Assembly: GCF_963506605.1 (NCBI RefSeq)
Contig: NC_083280.1
Coordinates: 41,974,001 to 42,038,000, forward strand
DNA length: 64,000 nucleotides
DNA from: Zootoca vivipara
Taxonomy: Eukaryota
Direction: 5' to 3'
Position 1 is the first letter of the stretch. Every line of letters begins with the position of its first letter. A model generated the notes under the pieces. The model searched no databases, was not told the DNA's origin, and saw only the letters and a list, made by a program, of their open reading frames with translations. The position numbers and the translations under genes were made by a program. Positions 30,634 through 43,700 of the stretch are shown piece by piece.

Positions 30634-32365
30634 ATGACGGCGCATAGCTTCGCGCTGCCGATCATCCTCTTCTCCGTCTTCTGGGGGCTCGTGGGAATCG
30701 CCGGGCCGTGGCTCGTGCCCAAGGGGCCCAACCGCGGGTGAGGCTCCCCGCCCGCGCAGCCTCCGCCCGTCCGATCCATCGCCAGGTCTCTCTGTCATCG
30801 CCATCGCCAAATAGATTAATATATACATAGTGATCTATAATGGCGAGGGAAGGGTGGTGGTGGTCCCTGCTAAAGGCTTTGAGAATATATCTAATCTAGA
30901 TAGATAGATACGTGAGAATGACATATATGTCCAAAAGGATCACTATATAGATATATTGATATATTGGGAGATGACATGACACTCTCACACACAAAGCCTT
31001 TAGCAGGGACCAGCACCCGCTTCCCCCGCGACACTCGCAGGCTTTCCTTCTCCGCAGCCGCCTTTGGCCTTGAAGGAGGCCTGATCCCACGGATGCTGTA
31101 GAATGGGACTCCGCATCGCTTCAGACTGCCAAGTGGGGGGAATCACATTTATGAATGCTCCCTCGCGTTGGGGGAACACCAACGACCCTGCAAATAGCAA
31201 ACTAGTATAGCAGCCAAAGGGTTGGGCTAGGATATTTTTCTCTGATGAACATGGTATATAGGAGTCGGGGTGTGGGAGCAGGGAGGAAGAGCATTGAGGA
31301 GTGGCACAGCCCACTGTACCACCTCAACTTTCACCTGCATGTGTATTGCCTCATCTGGGAATCCTTTCTTGTGTGTGACCCCCTTGACTGTTTCAGTAAC
31401 AGCACAATCCTATCCATGTCTACTCGGAAGTAATTCCTAATATATTCAGTGGGATTTACTCCCAGGTAAGAAGGGTTAGGATTGCAGCTTTGCTCAATCT
31501 TTTTTTCTTTTTCTTTTTTTTTCACTTCACAGAGTGATTATTACCATGTTGGTGACCACAGCCATTTCCTGCTATCTCTTGTGAGTATTGCGTAGGGGAG
31601 ATGGGTTGTGGGTGTAGGGCTGGGTTGTACCCAGCAGGGAACCAACCACCCTCATAACTTTATCTAAGTGGCTGCTTCCTGAATATTAGAAATCTAGGAA
31701 GGAATCCCAAATAGAAGCTGCACCACCTCGGAGATACTCAAGTTGCTTCACGGTTGCCAGTTCCTTATTCTACACATAGGTGCATAAACAGCCTGCCTCT
31801 CTTTCATAAAATAAGCTTTTGGGTAATCTTGGCTCATGGTATACTGTCTCTTCCAATATGTTCTAGCATCATTCATACAGGATGCTCCCAGGACCCCATA
31901 TATGAACAAGGAGTGGATTTTGCATCCCATAACAAGCCTTAGACCATCTCTGATCATACACCAAAGCACTAGACTGTTCTAGCTGCCCTAACATCCTGTC
32001 TGGCTCAGCTGTTATGCTATGCTAGGCACTCTCAGGCATAATGCACCAGGGCAGATCTTATCTCCTTGTAGTACATTTAAAGAACTAGAAGACTTTGCTC
32101 CATAGATTGTATATCCCTTCTACAGTGATACTTTCCTCTTTATAAGAATTACTGTTACTTGCAAAAATGACCTAGCAGTTACTTGCAAAATATGTCTTTT
32201 TGTATTTCAGCACTAGTGCAAAAGGAGTTGTGATCCAGTTTATGTGTCTCCTTCCTGTCTTTCCCTTGCAGCTGGCTTATAGCACTCCTGTCCCAGGCCA
32301 ACCCGCTGTTTGGACCCCAGCTAAAGAATGAGACCATCTGGTATGTGCGCTTCCTGTGGGAGTGA
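30634..32365 (+). CDS. ATP6V0E2: V-type proton ATPase subunit e2-type, 81 aa, 3 coding exons plus a non-coding exon 4
   Basis: Exons 30634-30737, 31533-31580 and 32272-32365 give [81 protein letters not shown]. CpG-island promoter; predicted 3' UTR intron 32394-32861; AATAAA at 33369-33374. Confidence 0.92.
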
Positions 32366-33734
32366 ACTGGACCACTATCAACCAATTCAACAGGTACTTG
32401 CTCTATCCAGCACTACCTAACCTACCTTAATAACACACAAATACATTAGATGCAACTCATTAATAGCTTGTAAGAAAAAGGAATCTACTTGCTTCCAGTT
32501 TACAAGTATTCCCATCCTTGGTTCCTTGCCCGACTCACCTGTCAATGGCATAGCCCAGGGATGGGGGACTTATGTTATTGGATTCTGACTCCTATTAGCT
32601 CAAGCTAATGTAGCCAATCAGGAATCATAGTCCAGCCACAACATGAGAATCATAGGTCCCATCCCTGGCTTAACCAATAGAACCAGAAAGGTACCTGTAA
32701 TCTGTCTCTAGTAGTGTTGCCACTGTGTGGTTCTATAGGACAGGTCGCTTTCTCATTGCCTGTAAATCTCACTGAAAGGGCAACAGGTTGATTGTTCCCA
32801 GATATTTTCTTTCCTGCTGGGGTAAGGGCAATGCTAAGAAATCTTTTTCTCTTTTTCCTAGGCTTCCTTCTGATGCTAGCTAACAGCTCCACCCCTTGTC
32901 CTTTCCAGTACTAGCTCAACGGATCTTTTGTTTGCACTCTAAATTTCCCCACAACAGTAGAGCCAAGACCCAAACATATGAAGGGACCATTTCACTTGTT
33001 TAACCATCTCCCACCTGTTTTAATTGATGCATCTTGGTGGCATCTGCTCTTGGGTTTGATGTTGTAACTAAATATCCCTCTCTTGGCAGTTAGGGAAAAT
33101 ATTTGCATTTTGAAAGTCCTGTAATGAACGCTAAGATTGAATAATTGCTGATGGAGCTCTGGAACACCTTCTTGGGCAAGTGACAAGACACCTTCCTTAC
33201 TTTAACCTGCTGACGCTCGCCCAATAGATCGGTTCTCTCCCTATCTTTGTCGATTAGCAGTGAGGCTGCTGCACTAGGATGCATTTGCCTAGAATTCCCC
33301 CTTCCACTATTATTTATAATGTTGTGTATTTGTATTTGTATTTATTGAGTGTAAACTGGTATCGTGAAAATAAATTTTTTTAGTATGTGATCTTTGTCTT
33401 CTGTTAAAGAGATCTGATATGGGGCCCAGAAGTGCTTGAAAGTCAGCCAGGGTAATACTCCAGCCTCCATCCATAGCATCTAATTGGTACTGGGCTGAAA
33501 TCAAAATTGGTCTGTGTTTCCTGACAAGGAGCACTTCAGTAAACTATCCAGGTGGTGTAAGCAACCAAGCCACTGCAAATTTCCAGGCTAGGATTTATGA
33601 TAGTAACCCTATCGTGTTCAGGACCATACAGCAATAAAGCAAGTTCTTTTCCTTAGGCCTACAGTTGTAGATTGGTTCTCATTCTTGAGCACAGGTGAGT
33701 AATTATGCTTTTTACAGCTATTAGTGATCTACAC

Positions 33735-33872
33735 CAGGCATCCCCAAACTGCAGCCCTCCAGATGTTTTGGCCTACAACTCCCATGATCCCTAGCTGACA
33801 GGACCAGTGGTCAGGGATGATGGGGATTGTAGTCCAAAACATCTGGGGGGGGGCGAAGTTTGGGGATGCCTG
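33735..33872. mobile_element. hAT MITE
   Basis: TIRs CAGGCATCCCCAAACT / AGTTTGGGGATGCCTG; 8-bp TSD ATCTACAC. Confidence 0.92.
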
Positions 33873-33941
33873 ATCTACACCAACCAACCAACTTCCAGCA
33901 CAACTAGCATCAAGAAACTCTGCTTAAACAGTTCAGCATAA

Positions 33942-33947
33942 TTTATT
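33942..33947 (-). terminator. Probable ENTPD7 poly(A) signal
   Basis: AATAAA on the minus strand about 755 nt after the stop; tail-to-tail with ATP6V0E2. Confidence 0.5.
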
Positions 33948-34702
33948 GCTACAGTAACTGGAGTTCAAGTATGAAAACAAATTCATAATGTAACTTAGCC
34001 CATAGTTGATTGAGTTTATAGGCTAGTTGGAACTTGGAACTGCTGGAAGCCCCAGTGCTGGGACAACAGCACTGAGACACACTGAATGATGGGTAAATGT
34101 GGGATTTGAAAGGAGTGTGTGCAAAATGTATTTGTGGGGAGGAGTGTGAAGGAAGGCAGCAAATTATCTGCCTTGGGATTTTTTAAAGGTTATTTCTTAC
34201 CCTCAAGGAATCCTGTTTGCACGACTCCTTTTTTGGTCCTATCACAGACATCAACAGAAGGGGGGGCTGTGCTCATAGTAAAGCACCAGAAAGAACCACT
34301 TTCTTTCCTTTTGCAGGAGACCTGTCCAGTTCTTGGCCACACAAGGTCCTTCTCCCTCCCTTCCTGAGTAAATCGAGTTTCTTTGGTCACTTTCAGCTAT
34401 GCTGCCTTTTGCCCACTGTCAAAGGTAGCAGAGATCAGCTTCCCTTGCCTCACGGCACCCGCAGCGTGATTCTCCCACAGTGGCTGGGGATTCCAGCCAC
34501 GGAGGAAAATCTAGAGTCCATTAGGGTTGAGCGGCTTGGGTTAGGGGGCAAGTCTGAGCAGACATTGTTTAGGCCCTGGGGTTGGGCTGGAGTCCTGCAG
34601 AATTCCGGACTAGGCCGCAAGAGAATCACAGCTTCTGGCCCATTAAAAGCCACTGCCAATAGGGCAGACATGGAGAGAGTTCACTGAGAGGTAGTTCTTT
34701 TG

Positions 34703-37700
34703 TCAGGAGGCTGCCTCCTGTGCTGGCAGCGGCACCACTTCTGCTAGCCACAGCAGGTCCAGCTGTTTCTGGTGGATGCGGCGCAGACGGAAGAGGTAGA
34801 GTCCAATTGCAAGCATCACCACAAGGATGCACACAAAGAAAAGATAGTGGTTATAAACAAAGGAGAGACGGAGCCAAGGGCTGCGAGGTTGATGGACGCT
34901 CTCCTGGCGGAGATCCCTGAAAAACAAAGAAAAATCAGTCTGAAGTTGAAATGTGGAGCTGCGCTAAGCTTGAGTCTCTCTTGCAACTAGCAGACAAGCA
35001 TTCCAGATACTGCAGTAAGTATGATTCCCAAATACCTGGCTTTTCTCAGGCCTATGCCCTACAGACCATTTGTAAATGAATGAGAGGTGTCAAAAACATA
35101 GGTTTAGCTTTTTAACGGCTTAAGACACCATGTTGCCTACTGATAAAGGATCAACTTCCTTTTCATGCAGGCTCTGTGCTTCATCGAGGGTGCATTTGAT
35201 GTCTCTCCTTTAGGTACCTCTTAAAAACATACCAGGTCTCTGCTTTCTCCTTTTCTGTTTTTTTCAGAAAAGCACTGCTGGCAGATCACTCGGTTTCTCA
35301 AGTTTAAAAAATGCAACTTCAGACTTTAAACACAGAGTACTGAACTCCTCCATGTTTCAAGCTCAATCCCATGCATGCTTATTGAGTAATCCCTCCTCAT
35401 CTTGAACTCTGTGAGGCTTACTCCCAAGTTCACAAGTTAAGATGACTGAACACTCTAATTAGGGCTAGAAAACTGCCATTTTACTCCTAGTCAAGCGCCA
35501 TGGTCCAGTTCTTTACTGAAGACCTTGTTTGAAAGAATGATTCCGAAGTAACCAAAAGAACTCTACCACTCTTAAGATGAGAAAACATGCAGTGAGCAGC
35601 GATTTAGATTACCTGAGTGGCAGGAAGCGAGTTTTATAGAGAATAGCTCCCAGTGTCCATTGTACCTCACGATCATACACCAACTGGGCTGTGCGCAGAC
35701 CAGAATAATCCTTGGGAAAATGAAAGCCTTCGTGCAGGACTTGGTGCATCCATGCTGATTTGAAGCACTGGTACCTGCAAGCAGAGCATAGAGACTCCAT
35801 CACAAATATGCTGGGCTGAGGCTCATCAGTTGAGAAGACTGCTGGGGGGCAATCTTACCCCCCATCCCTTCACCGTCCATGTTAAGGACCAAGCACATTC
35901 TCTGTGAAAGGGAAGACTGGATTCTTACTTGACACGGTGCAGGTCTGCATGTGCTGAGTACAGGTGGTCTCGGAACCTCTGGGTCAATAAGGACCAGCTC
36001 AGGCTGCAGTAATCCTGGAAGGAGGCAAAAGGCATGAGTGGGCACAGAATCAACACCCCCTATCCTGGCAAAGTGATCACATATTTTGGAGTCACCTGGG
36101 CAGCGCGTGCGAACGTGGGCATGTGGTACAGTCCTCCCAGGCGCAGCACATCTTCGGTGCAGTAGTAGAATTCAGAGAACCCATAGAATTCACTGTTAAC
36201 AAAGTCAATCGGTGCCTGATAGGTGTTGCGCAGAGAGACCGTGGTTCTGTTGTCTCCCGCCAGCAGGAGGCGCACTTGCTTCGCACACGACTGCCAGTCC
36301 CCCTGGCCCCTGATGTGCAGGGTCTGGCCGCCATGCTCCACAACATCCTCCAGTCCCACAGGCAGGCAGGGGTCCAAGACAGGTACCCCAGCATTTGCGC
36401 CGAGCTGCTCACCCTGCAACCTGCAACGAGAGCCTAAGTTTCAGGGTTGGGAAAACACAGGCATCCCCAGCGGCAAGTTATGATCAGTGAGTTCTTCTGT
36501 GCCCACCCCTTAACAGGCTAGAGGTCTGCATGCGGACCATCAAAAACTTCTCCCATTGATCTCATCACTCAGGGAGCCTGCCTCCTACAAATCAACACAC
36601 ACAGAGAATGCCCTCTCCCAGGCTGCCACTCCTTGAACTTCTGGGGGCAGTGGAATCCAGAGCTGCCTTTAGCCAGACCTTTTGAAACCTGGCAGCATGA
36701 GGACATCACCTGTTGCGGGTGGTGGTCTGATTCAGCACCAGCTCTTCATAGCGCTGCCGGGCATAGTTGCCCCCAAAGCCCAGGAAGGTGCTGACGTAGA
36801 CTCGGTACACGTGCTTCGTGTGTTGCATGTCACAGCCAAGGTTGAAATCAGCAAGCAGGCTCTTGGCAGCTTCCTCCTGTCGGTAGCAGAGGGGAGGGGG
36901 GGTGAGTAAGAAACAGTGCCCAACCTGGACCACGGCACATTTTTCCTTCTCAAGCTACACACCTCCTGCGGGGAAGAGAAGGACGTGGAAGTCGGCACCT
37001 CATAGGCGATTTGCAGAGAGGCACCTCCCATGTCGAGGATCCCAACGGTCCTCTTTCGCACCAGGGTTTCTTCCTGGCCAGCCAGGGTCACAGAAATCAC
37101 TGCGTCTTCCTCTACAATCCCACGAGGGAGAGAAAAAGAAAGAGTTGCCAAAGCAATGGAAAATGGAGATGGAAGATAGCACATCCCCATACCTCTTAGG
37201 CTGAACACTAGAAATGTCTAGGGTTTGGGGGAGGTGAGGAGGAGCAGAGGTTAGGGAAGAAGTGGAGATAAGCTCTAGTTTCTCTTGCTCACCTTCACTC
37301 CTGCTAAACTGCAGAATGGGAAGGGGCCTTAGTTCAGGTCATGTGGGAAAGCCAAATCTCCATTCCTGCTGGGAATCGAGCAAAGTGTGCTGGAGATTCC
37401 CTCCCTCAAGAGGAAACTGAGCCAAAAGAGAAAACTTCTACCTACCCATTCAACTCCACTGTCCCTTTCCCTCAGTCTCACCTTCTTCGTGGTCAAATCT
37501 TCCCAATACAAAGTTGATGCCTATCCAAGCATAGACTCCTGGGAAATTAGAGGTGGGGGAAGAAAGAGAATCAAGAGCAGTGTTGGGTTCCTTGAAGGTG
37601 CAGGGCTTTGTGTGGTGCATGTGTAGCACCCTATGAAGTTTGAGGGGAGGGAACCCCCAAGGGACAGGCACCGCCAGCAGCAAGTTAAGCTGGTGTAACA

Positions 37701-40700
37701 GCTAGCGAAGCCTCACTACCTACTTTCCCCCCTCTCTCCCTTCACCCTTTGCCAAACTCCCTAAGATGGAGTGAGCGAGCCTTTCTGGCCCAACACCTAC
37801 CTTCTTGCTTCCCAGAAATCACTTCTGCCTGTGATTCAGAGAAGAGGAAATCAAATTCCAAGGGCACATCCCTCACCAGGTCCTCCAGGATGGCCGTCTG
37901 CTGCCTGCGAAGGTTCCCAAGCAGACAAACTGAGCAGCTCCCATTTCTTTGTACTGACATATAACTAGCCCCCCTCTCCACTGCTCCTTTACTGAATGGC
38001 CAAGGTGTCTAAACAGCAGACTCCACCTCATTTCAAAAACCCGTCCTTTTGTCCCCCTGTGCAAGTCACCCTTCTCTCTTGGTCTCTTTCCAGCCACGAA
38101 TTTGCAAACACTCATAACTTCATAAGCAGGACTTAATTTTTAGCTCCACTTGGGGTGGAGGTGACCCATTGCTCACTATCAAGTTAGGGAACCTTGTGTG
38201 GGAATGTTGTGGATAGTAGGACAGGATATATTGATTAAATATTCTTTCCTCACTCACATTAGTGAGCTAGTCTCCACCCCCATCGTTCTGCCCGGACACT
38301 GAGGTCCAGTGCTGAGGGCCTTCTGGTGGTTCCCTCACTGCGAGAAGTGAGGTTACAGGGAACCAGGCAGAGGGCCTTCTCGGTAGTGGCGCCCGCCCTG
38401 TGGAACGCCCTCCCATCAGATGTCAAGGAAATATATCCGACTTTTAGAAGACATCTGAAGGCAGCCCTGTTTAGGGAAGTTTTTTAATGTTTGACGTTTG
38501 ATTCTGTTTTTAATGTTCTGTTGAAAGCCACCCAGAGGGGCTGGGGAACCAGGTAGAAATAATAAATTTAGTAGTAGTAGTAGTAGTAGAGCACATTCCC
38601 TTGCACATTGCTGGAAGCTGGTTCATGGATTTGTTAGAATCATTTGAATTGAGCAATCCAGTCTGGCTTGTCCAGATTGGATTGTTCCTGGTAAATTTTC
38701 CCATTAGTTGTCTCTTAAGAACAATAATGACATCACAGTCTTCTTTTAAAAGTAATGATAAAGTTTGCTTACATTCAGCTCACAGTATTGTCCTGAAGAC
38801 AGGCTTTATCTTGTAGTTACAGTTACAGAGAAAAGAAGTCTGAGCTAGGCCTCAGACTTTCTACCTTGTGGCTTCCATCCTCTGTAAGGAGGAGTCACAA
38901 AAGAGCCAAAAGAGCAGCAAAAGAGGAAGATGGCTGTGTGACTGGCCCTTTTATAGGGTCTGCTAGGGTCACACCCATCTACCTGGTCGCACACAGGGGG
39001 AGGATGCTCCAGAGCAGGTATGACAGGAAGTCCTCCCTGTCTGGAGCAACATTCCCCTGTGTGTCCACTCTAGGAAACAGGAAATGTTGTATTTGACTGC
39101 TACAGTGACGATACACCCCACACCCTGTCCCTTTCCACTTCAGGATGCAAGTCCACCTGTAGCTCCAAGAGGCCCGGCACTTCCTGCTCCCCAGTCCCAA
39201 GCCTACTCTGCTCAGGTCTTGGAAAAATATAGCTCACTCACCAGTCAGGCAGCATCCTCATTCCTGCAGTACACAAAATGTAAAGGGGAGTCTCCTTGTG
39301 CTTGGTACTGGGCACATAGGCAGCAGCAAAGCTGAGCAGCGGCCTGATGTAGTCACTAGCTTTGTCTGGAGTGGCTGCCAGAGTAGAGATCCCTGTACAA
39401 TGAAAAGGCAATATTCCCTCAGCTGCCATCTCTAGAGAACAACTCTGCCCACCTCCAGGTGCTTGGAGCTTGTGGGTCCACAGCCACCACACAAAAAAAA
39501 ACATTTGGAAATATCCAAACCTGGCTTGATCTTCTTGACAACAGGCTGGCCGTTACGGTCTCGCATCTGCCGGATGTCCAGCAGGTCGTGCGGATTCCCA
39601 TTGTGTGGTGGCCAAAAGTATACAAAGACCCGGGAACCGCTGCTCCCGCAATCAATAACCAACCCGTAATTCAGAGATGGGTTATTTGTGTCCGTTGCCT
39701 CCAAGGCATGAAACCGTTCCAAGTACCTGCAAGGGGAATGAGGAGGATTTGGAGTTAAGAGACAGAGAACAGACCAAACAGTCTTCACACCACCCAAAAG
39801 AAAATAAAAAGGCAGATCCAGCATTCCATAGAACGCCCGCTCTGCTCTTTCAGAGGCTGTCTATTATTGCACAACAGCAATAATAGGAATTACAGGAACA
39901 CAAAATGCCTATATCACTTCTCCATAAATGCTTCAAGCGATGCTGACCCAGCACGTGCATCTAGTCTCTGCGGAGGCTCTCGTTCACCCTTCTAGAAACC
40001 AGATGAAAGTTATTGGAATTCCCCTAGGCACTGGCTTCAGCTCCTCAGGAACTGGAGAGCTGAAGCAGACATCCCAACCTACCCGCTTTATGCCATTTCG
40101 TCCGTGCAATCAGAGAACAGGATTGAGAGACCACAGCATGTCCAGCCATTAAGAAGAAAGCTAACCAAATTAGTGGGTTTTGCAGATCCATTAGGCAGAG
40201 AATTCATGCCACCACAGTTCTTATTGATCCTGCTCCCCTTTCTTGCGCTGAAGGAAATTCTGCCTCAGTCAGCACAGCCTCTGCTGCTTCCCCCACCCAG
40301 CAGCAGTGGTGGAACAAAACAAGGGTTTGAAGGCCATCCCACAGCCAACTCCCATAAAGCCACATGTTCCAACATCCTGACTTTTGCAGAAGAGGGCATA
40401 GCTTCCCCGGGCACTCAGCTACAGCAGCAGCTCCCACAAATGCCATGCACCACCCCAAGTATTCCAGTTGGATTTCCCCATGGACACAGGAGCCAAGGGA
40501 TGCACAAATACAATTGCATCTTATCCAAGAGGGAGGAGAAGCCAGACCTATCAGAGACAGAAGGTCAGGTCACAAAAGTTGAGGCATAAGCCACTATATC
40601 AGTCTTTGTTTGCATCTGTTAATCAGCATTCAAGGAAGGAAGGAAGGGTGAAGGAAGAGGAGAAGCAAAAAGGCCCAAGGTCTGCCATGAGGTAGGACTA

Positions 40701-43700
40701 CCATGGATGAGGCAGTGCCAGGCCCTCTAAATTGTGTCAGGTGGGAGAAGACGTTTATCAGAGTCTGAGTTCTAAAGGAGCCATTGAATGTCACATTATT
40801 TGAGTACAGTAATTGGTAAAGTAAAGGTAAAGGGACCCCTGACCGTTAAGTCCAGTCGTGGACAACTCTGGGGTTGCGGCGCTCATCTCGCTTTACTGGC
40901 CAAGAGAGCCGACGTTTGTCCGCAGACAGTTTTTCCAGGTCATGTGGCCAGCATGACTAAGCCGCTTCTGGCAAAACCAGAGCAGCGCACGGAAACGCCA
41001 TTTACCTTCCCACCGGAGTGGTACCTATTTATCTACTTGCACTTTGACGTGCTTCCAAACTGCTAGGTTGGCAGGAACAGTAATTGGTAGTCTGTCCCAA
41101 CAAGAAAATTCTGTCCAGTCCACATCATATTGAAAAAATAAAAGCCACGCAGCTAAATGCATCTTGTAGGATCAGCTCCGCTCTTGATGGAAGAGGCACA
41201 AGCTTTGGTCCCAGGTCCAGCAATGAACCTGTTGAAGGTAAGCTGGTGTGCATCTGGTAAGTGGCTGGGGCAACCCAGCCAGATGGGCAGGGTATTATTA
41301 TTATTACTATTATTATTATTATTATTGCCAGGATAGGCTTACCTGGGAATCCTATATATGCCACCTTGAGTTCCATGATGAAAGAAAAGCAGGATATACA
41401 TTCTATAATTAATAAATAAAATTACTGCAGGATGTTATGCAAATAAATGCTGGATGTTACTGGATATTATGCAAACAAAAGCTGCAGCAGAAATTAAAAT
41501 GTATACAATGTGAATGTATAGTTTAGAGGAAATGTGAATTTAAAAGTACGGTAATTACAACTCTCTCCTTTGGTCTGAAAATGACTTGTTTAAGGTGGTT
41601 ATCAAATGCAAATAGCTGGCTTTTGCCAAAACATTTACCCTACCTTTATCTTAATGGCCCATTTTAAAAGTGATAACATCAACAAGTCTAGACTTGTTAA
41701 TCTTATAAAGAACCGCAGCTGGAGAGACCCTCTTTAGCATATCAAATAAAATTCTGGCTTCAGAGGAAGTACTGTCATTTTCCAGCAGACCATGAGAAAT
41801 CTGGTTCAGATTGGGGGATCCTAACTTAGAATCTTAAAACTACCCCCTTATTTCTTAAGATGCATTTGGGGGACAGGCAGTATTGCCTATGGAAAATCAT
41901 CAGCTTTCATCCTTGACTTAAAGAACTGTTCTTTTTCATCTTATGGACATAAATGTAAATAATTACTTCCTAGTTTAGTAATTTTTAATTCTGAGTAATC
42001 TGCCCAGCATAGTTAACACCAATGAAGAACCAGTTAGTAATGTTAAGAAGTTTTGTTTTTGTTTTTTTACCTTTTGTTTTCTTTATGAGTTGCTTGTTGT
42101 CTTTTTATGCTTTCCTATCTCTCTGGTGTTATATTTATTGACAACTTCATTTCTTTAGGAACAGTAGACTGGCATTAATACTTCAAGTCACACATCTAGT
42201 CATTCTGAAATTTTACTCCTCTTAAGAGGAGTGGGTATAGGGGAAAAGTGAGGTGTCTGAAGTGGGAAGCCTCTTCTCCTCATGGCACTTCCTTGTGCGA
42301 TTTAGAAGTCTGCTAAATCAGGACTTCATACAGAGAGAGAGAGAGAGAGAGAGCTCTGAACTTTGTATAGATGATGCTGTGAAGAGGGGTGGGACTTGAA
42401 GCACATCTCCAGCTTCTCCTCACACGTTTGCTTACATGTGAAGCCTAAATACCCAAACAGGGACTGTGTAAAAGAGGGTGGGCAAACCAGTTCAAGCAAT
42501 ACCTCACACTTTCCAACTGCAGAACACCAACTGGCAGCAGAATTGCCAGTCCCTGCGCAAATGTACTGAAGAGCATTATATATGCGTGAGTTGGGAAACA
42601 TTTAAGGGCAAAACCCCTTCAAAATTTGGGACTTCCCAGCAGTTAAACCTTGGGTTCTTATGTTGACATGCGGACAGTCCTTCATTCCCAACATTTCACT
42701 AAATGAAGAGAGCCAACAGCAGCCCTGTGAAAGCACTGCCCAGCAGGACTAGCGCAGCGTCTTCCTCCTCCCCCTCCAGCTTAAAAGAGCTTCAGCTTTT
42801 GTTGGTGAGAAAATGCCAGCTGAACTCAGTCCACGTGGCTTCTTCCCATCACTCCCATTTTGCTGTTGGATGGGAACTGTGAAATATGTTCTGCCATTTC
42901 CTCTGCAGGTTTTTTCCATCAAGCATCTCCTTTTCTACTGCTATATTTGTGTTACACAAAAAATGCATAACTATATGCCCAATTTTGTAATCCAAGACCA
43001 GGTTTGTAGAAGAACACAGGGGAAAGGAGGGGGATAGAAGGACTTTGTGTGCCATAGAAACTGCCACTTTGTTTGGTGCCACTAACTCTCCCCTTCCCCA
43101 TAGTTTCCCCAGGAAACCAGATTCTACATTATGTGTAGCATGTATAGCAGGGGTGAGGAACCTGTGTCCCCCCCCCCGGGGGGGGTGTTGGGACTCCCAG
43201 CTCCTGTTAGTAACAGTGACCATCAGGTCAGGAACAATGAGCCTTGTAGTCCAACAACATCTAGAGCAAGGGTAGCTACCCTTGGCTCTCCATATGTTGA
43301 TGAACTTCAGTTCCCCTCATCCCTGTGGGATGGAACACTGGGGCAGACAAGTCACAACAGTTCCTAGAGTGTCCACTAACAGGAACTCACCTGGAGGGAC
43401 ACCTGACTACAGGTCAGTTCCTGTTCCCTCAGACATGCAAATGAGTTGGATTAGACAAAAGCCCTAGCCTGCAATCACTCTCTCTCTTAGCTACTTCCTC
43501 CCTCGATGAGGACACATCTCCAGAGAATCTCTAGTTAGCATGGTTCTCACTCTAGGCCTGCAGCCAAGAGTGAGACCAAATGGAGTCTTACTTTACTAAG
43601 TAGTCTCTAGATATATATGTACTTGTAACTTTTCTAAGCAAGCCTGCCTTTCTGAGATTATGCTGTAACTCAGGATGAAACTGTAAGTAAACTCTATCTT

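Noticed and set aside
31581-32271. SNORA74-like snoRNA in ATP6V0E2 intron 2 (by analogy to mammalian ATP6V0E1)
   Set aside because: Only a few bases of resemblance; no recognisable H/ACA structure by eye.
30634-32365. ATP6V0E2 as a retrocopy mobilised by the adjacent ERV
   Set aside because: It has canonical introns, a CpG-island promoter and a predicted UTR intron, and it lies outside the LTRs.
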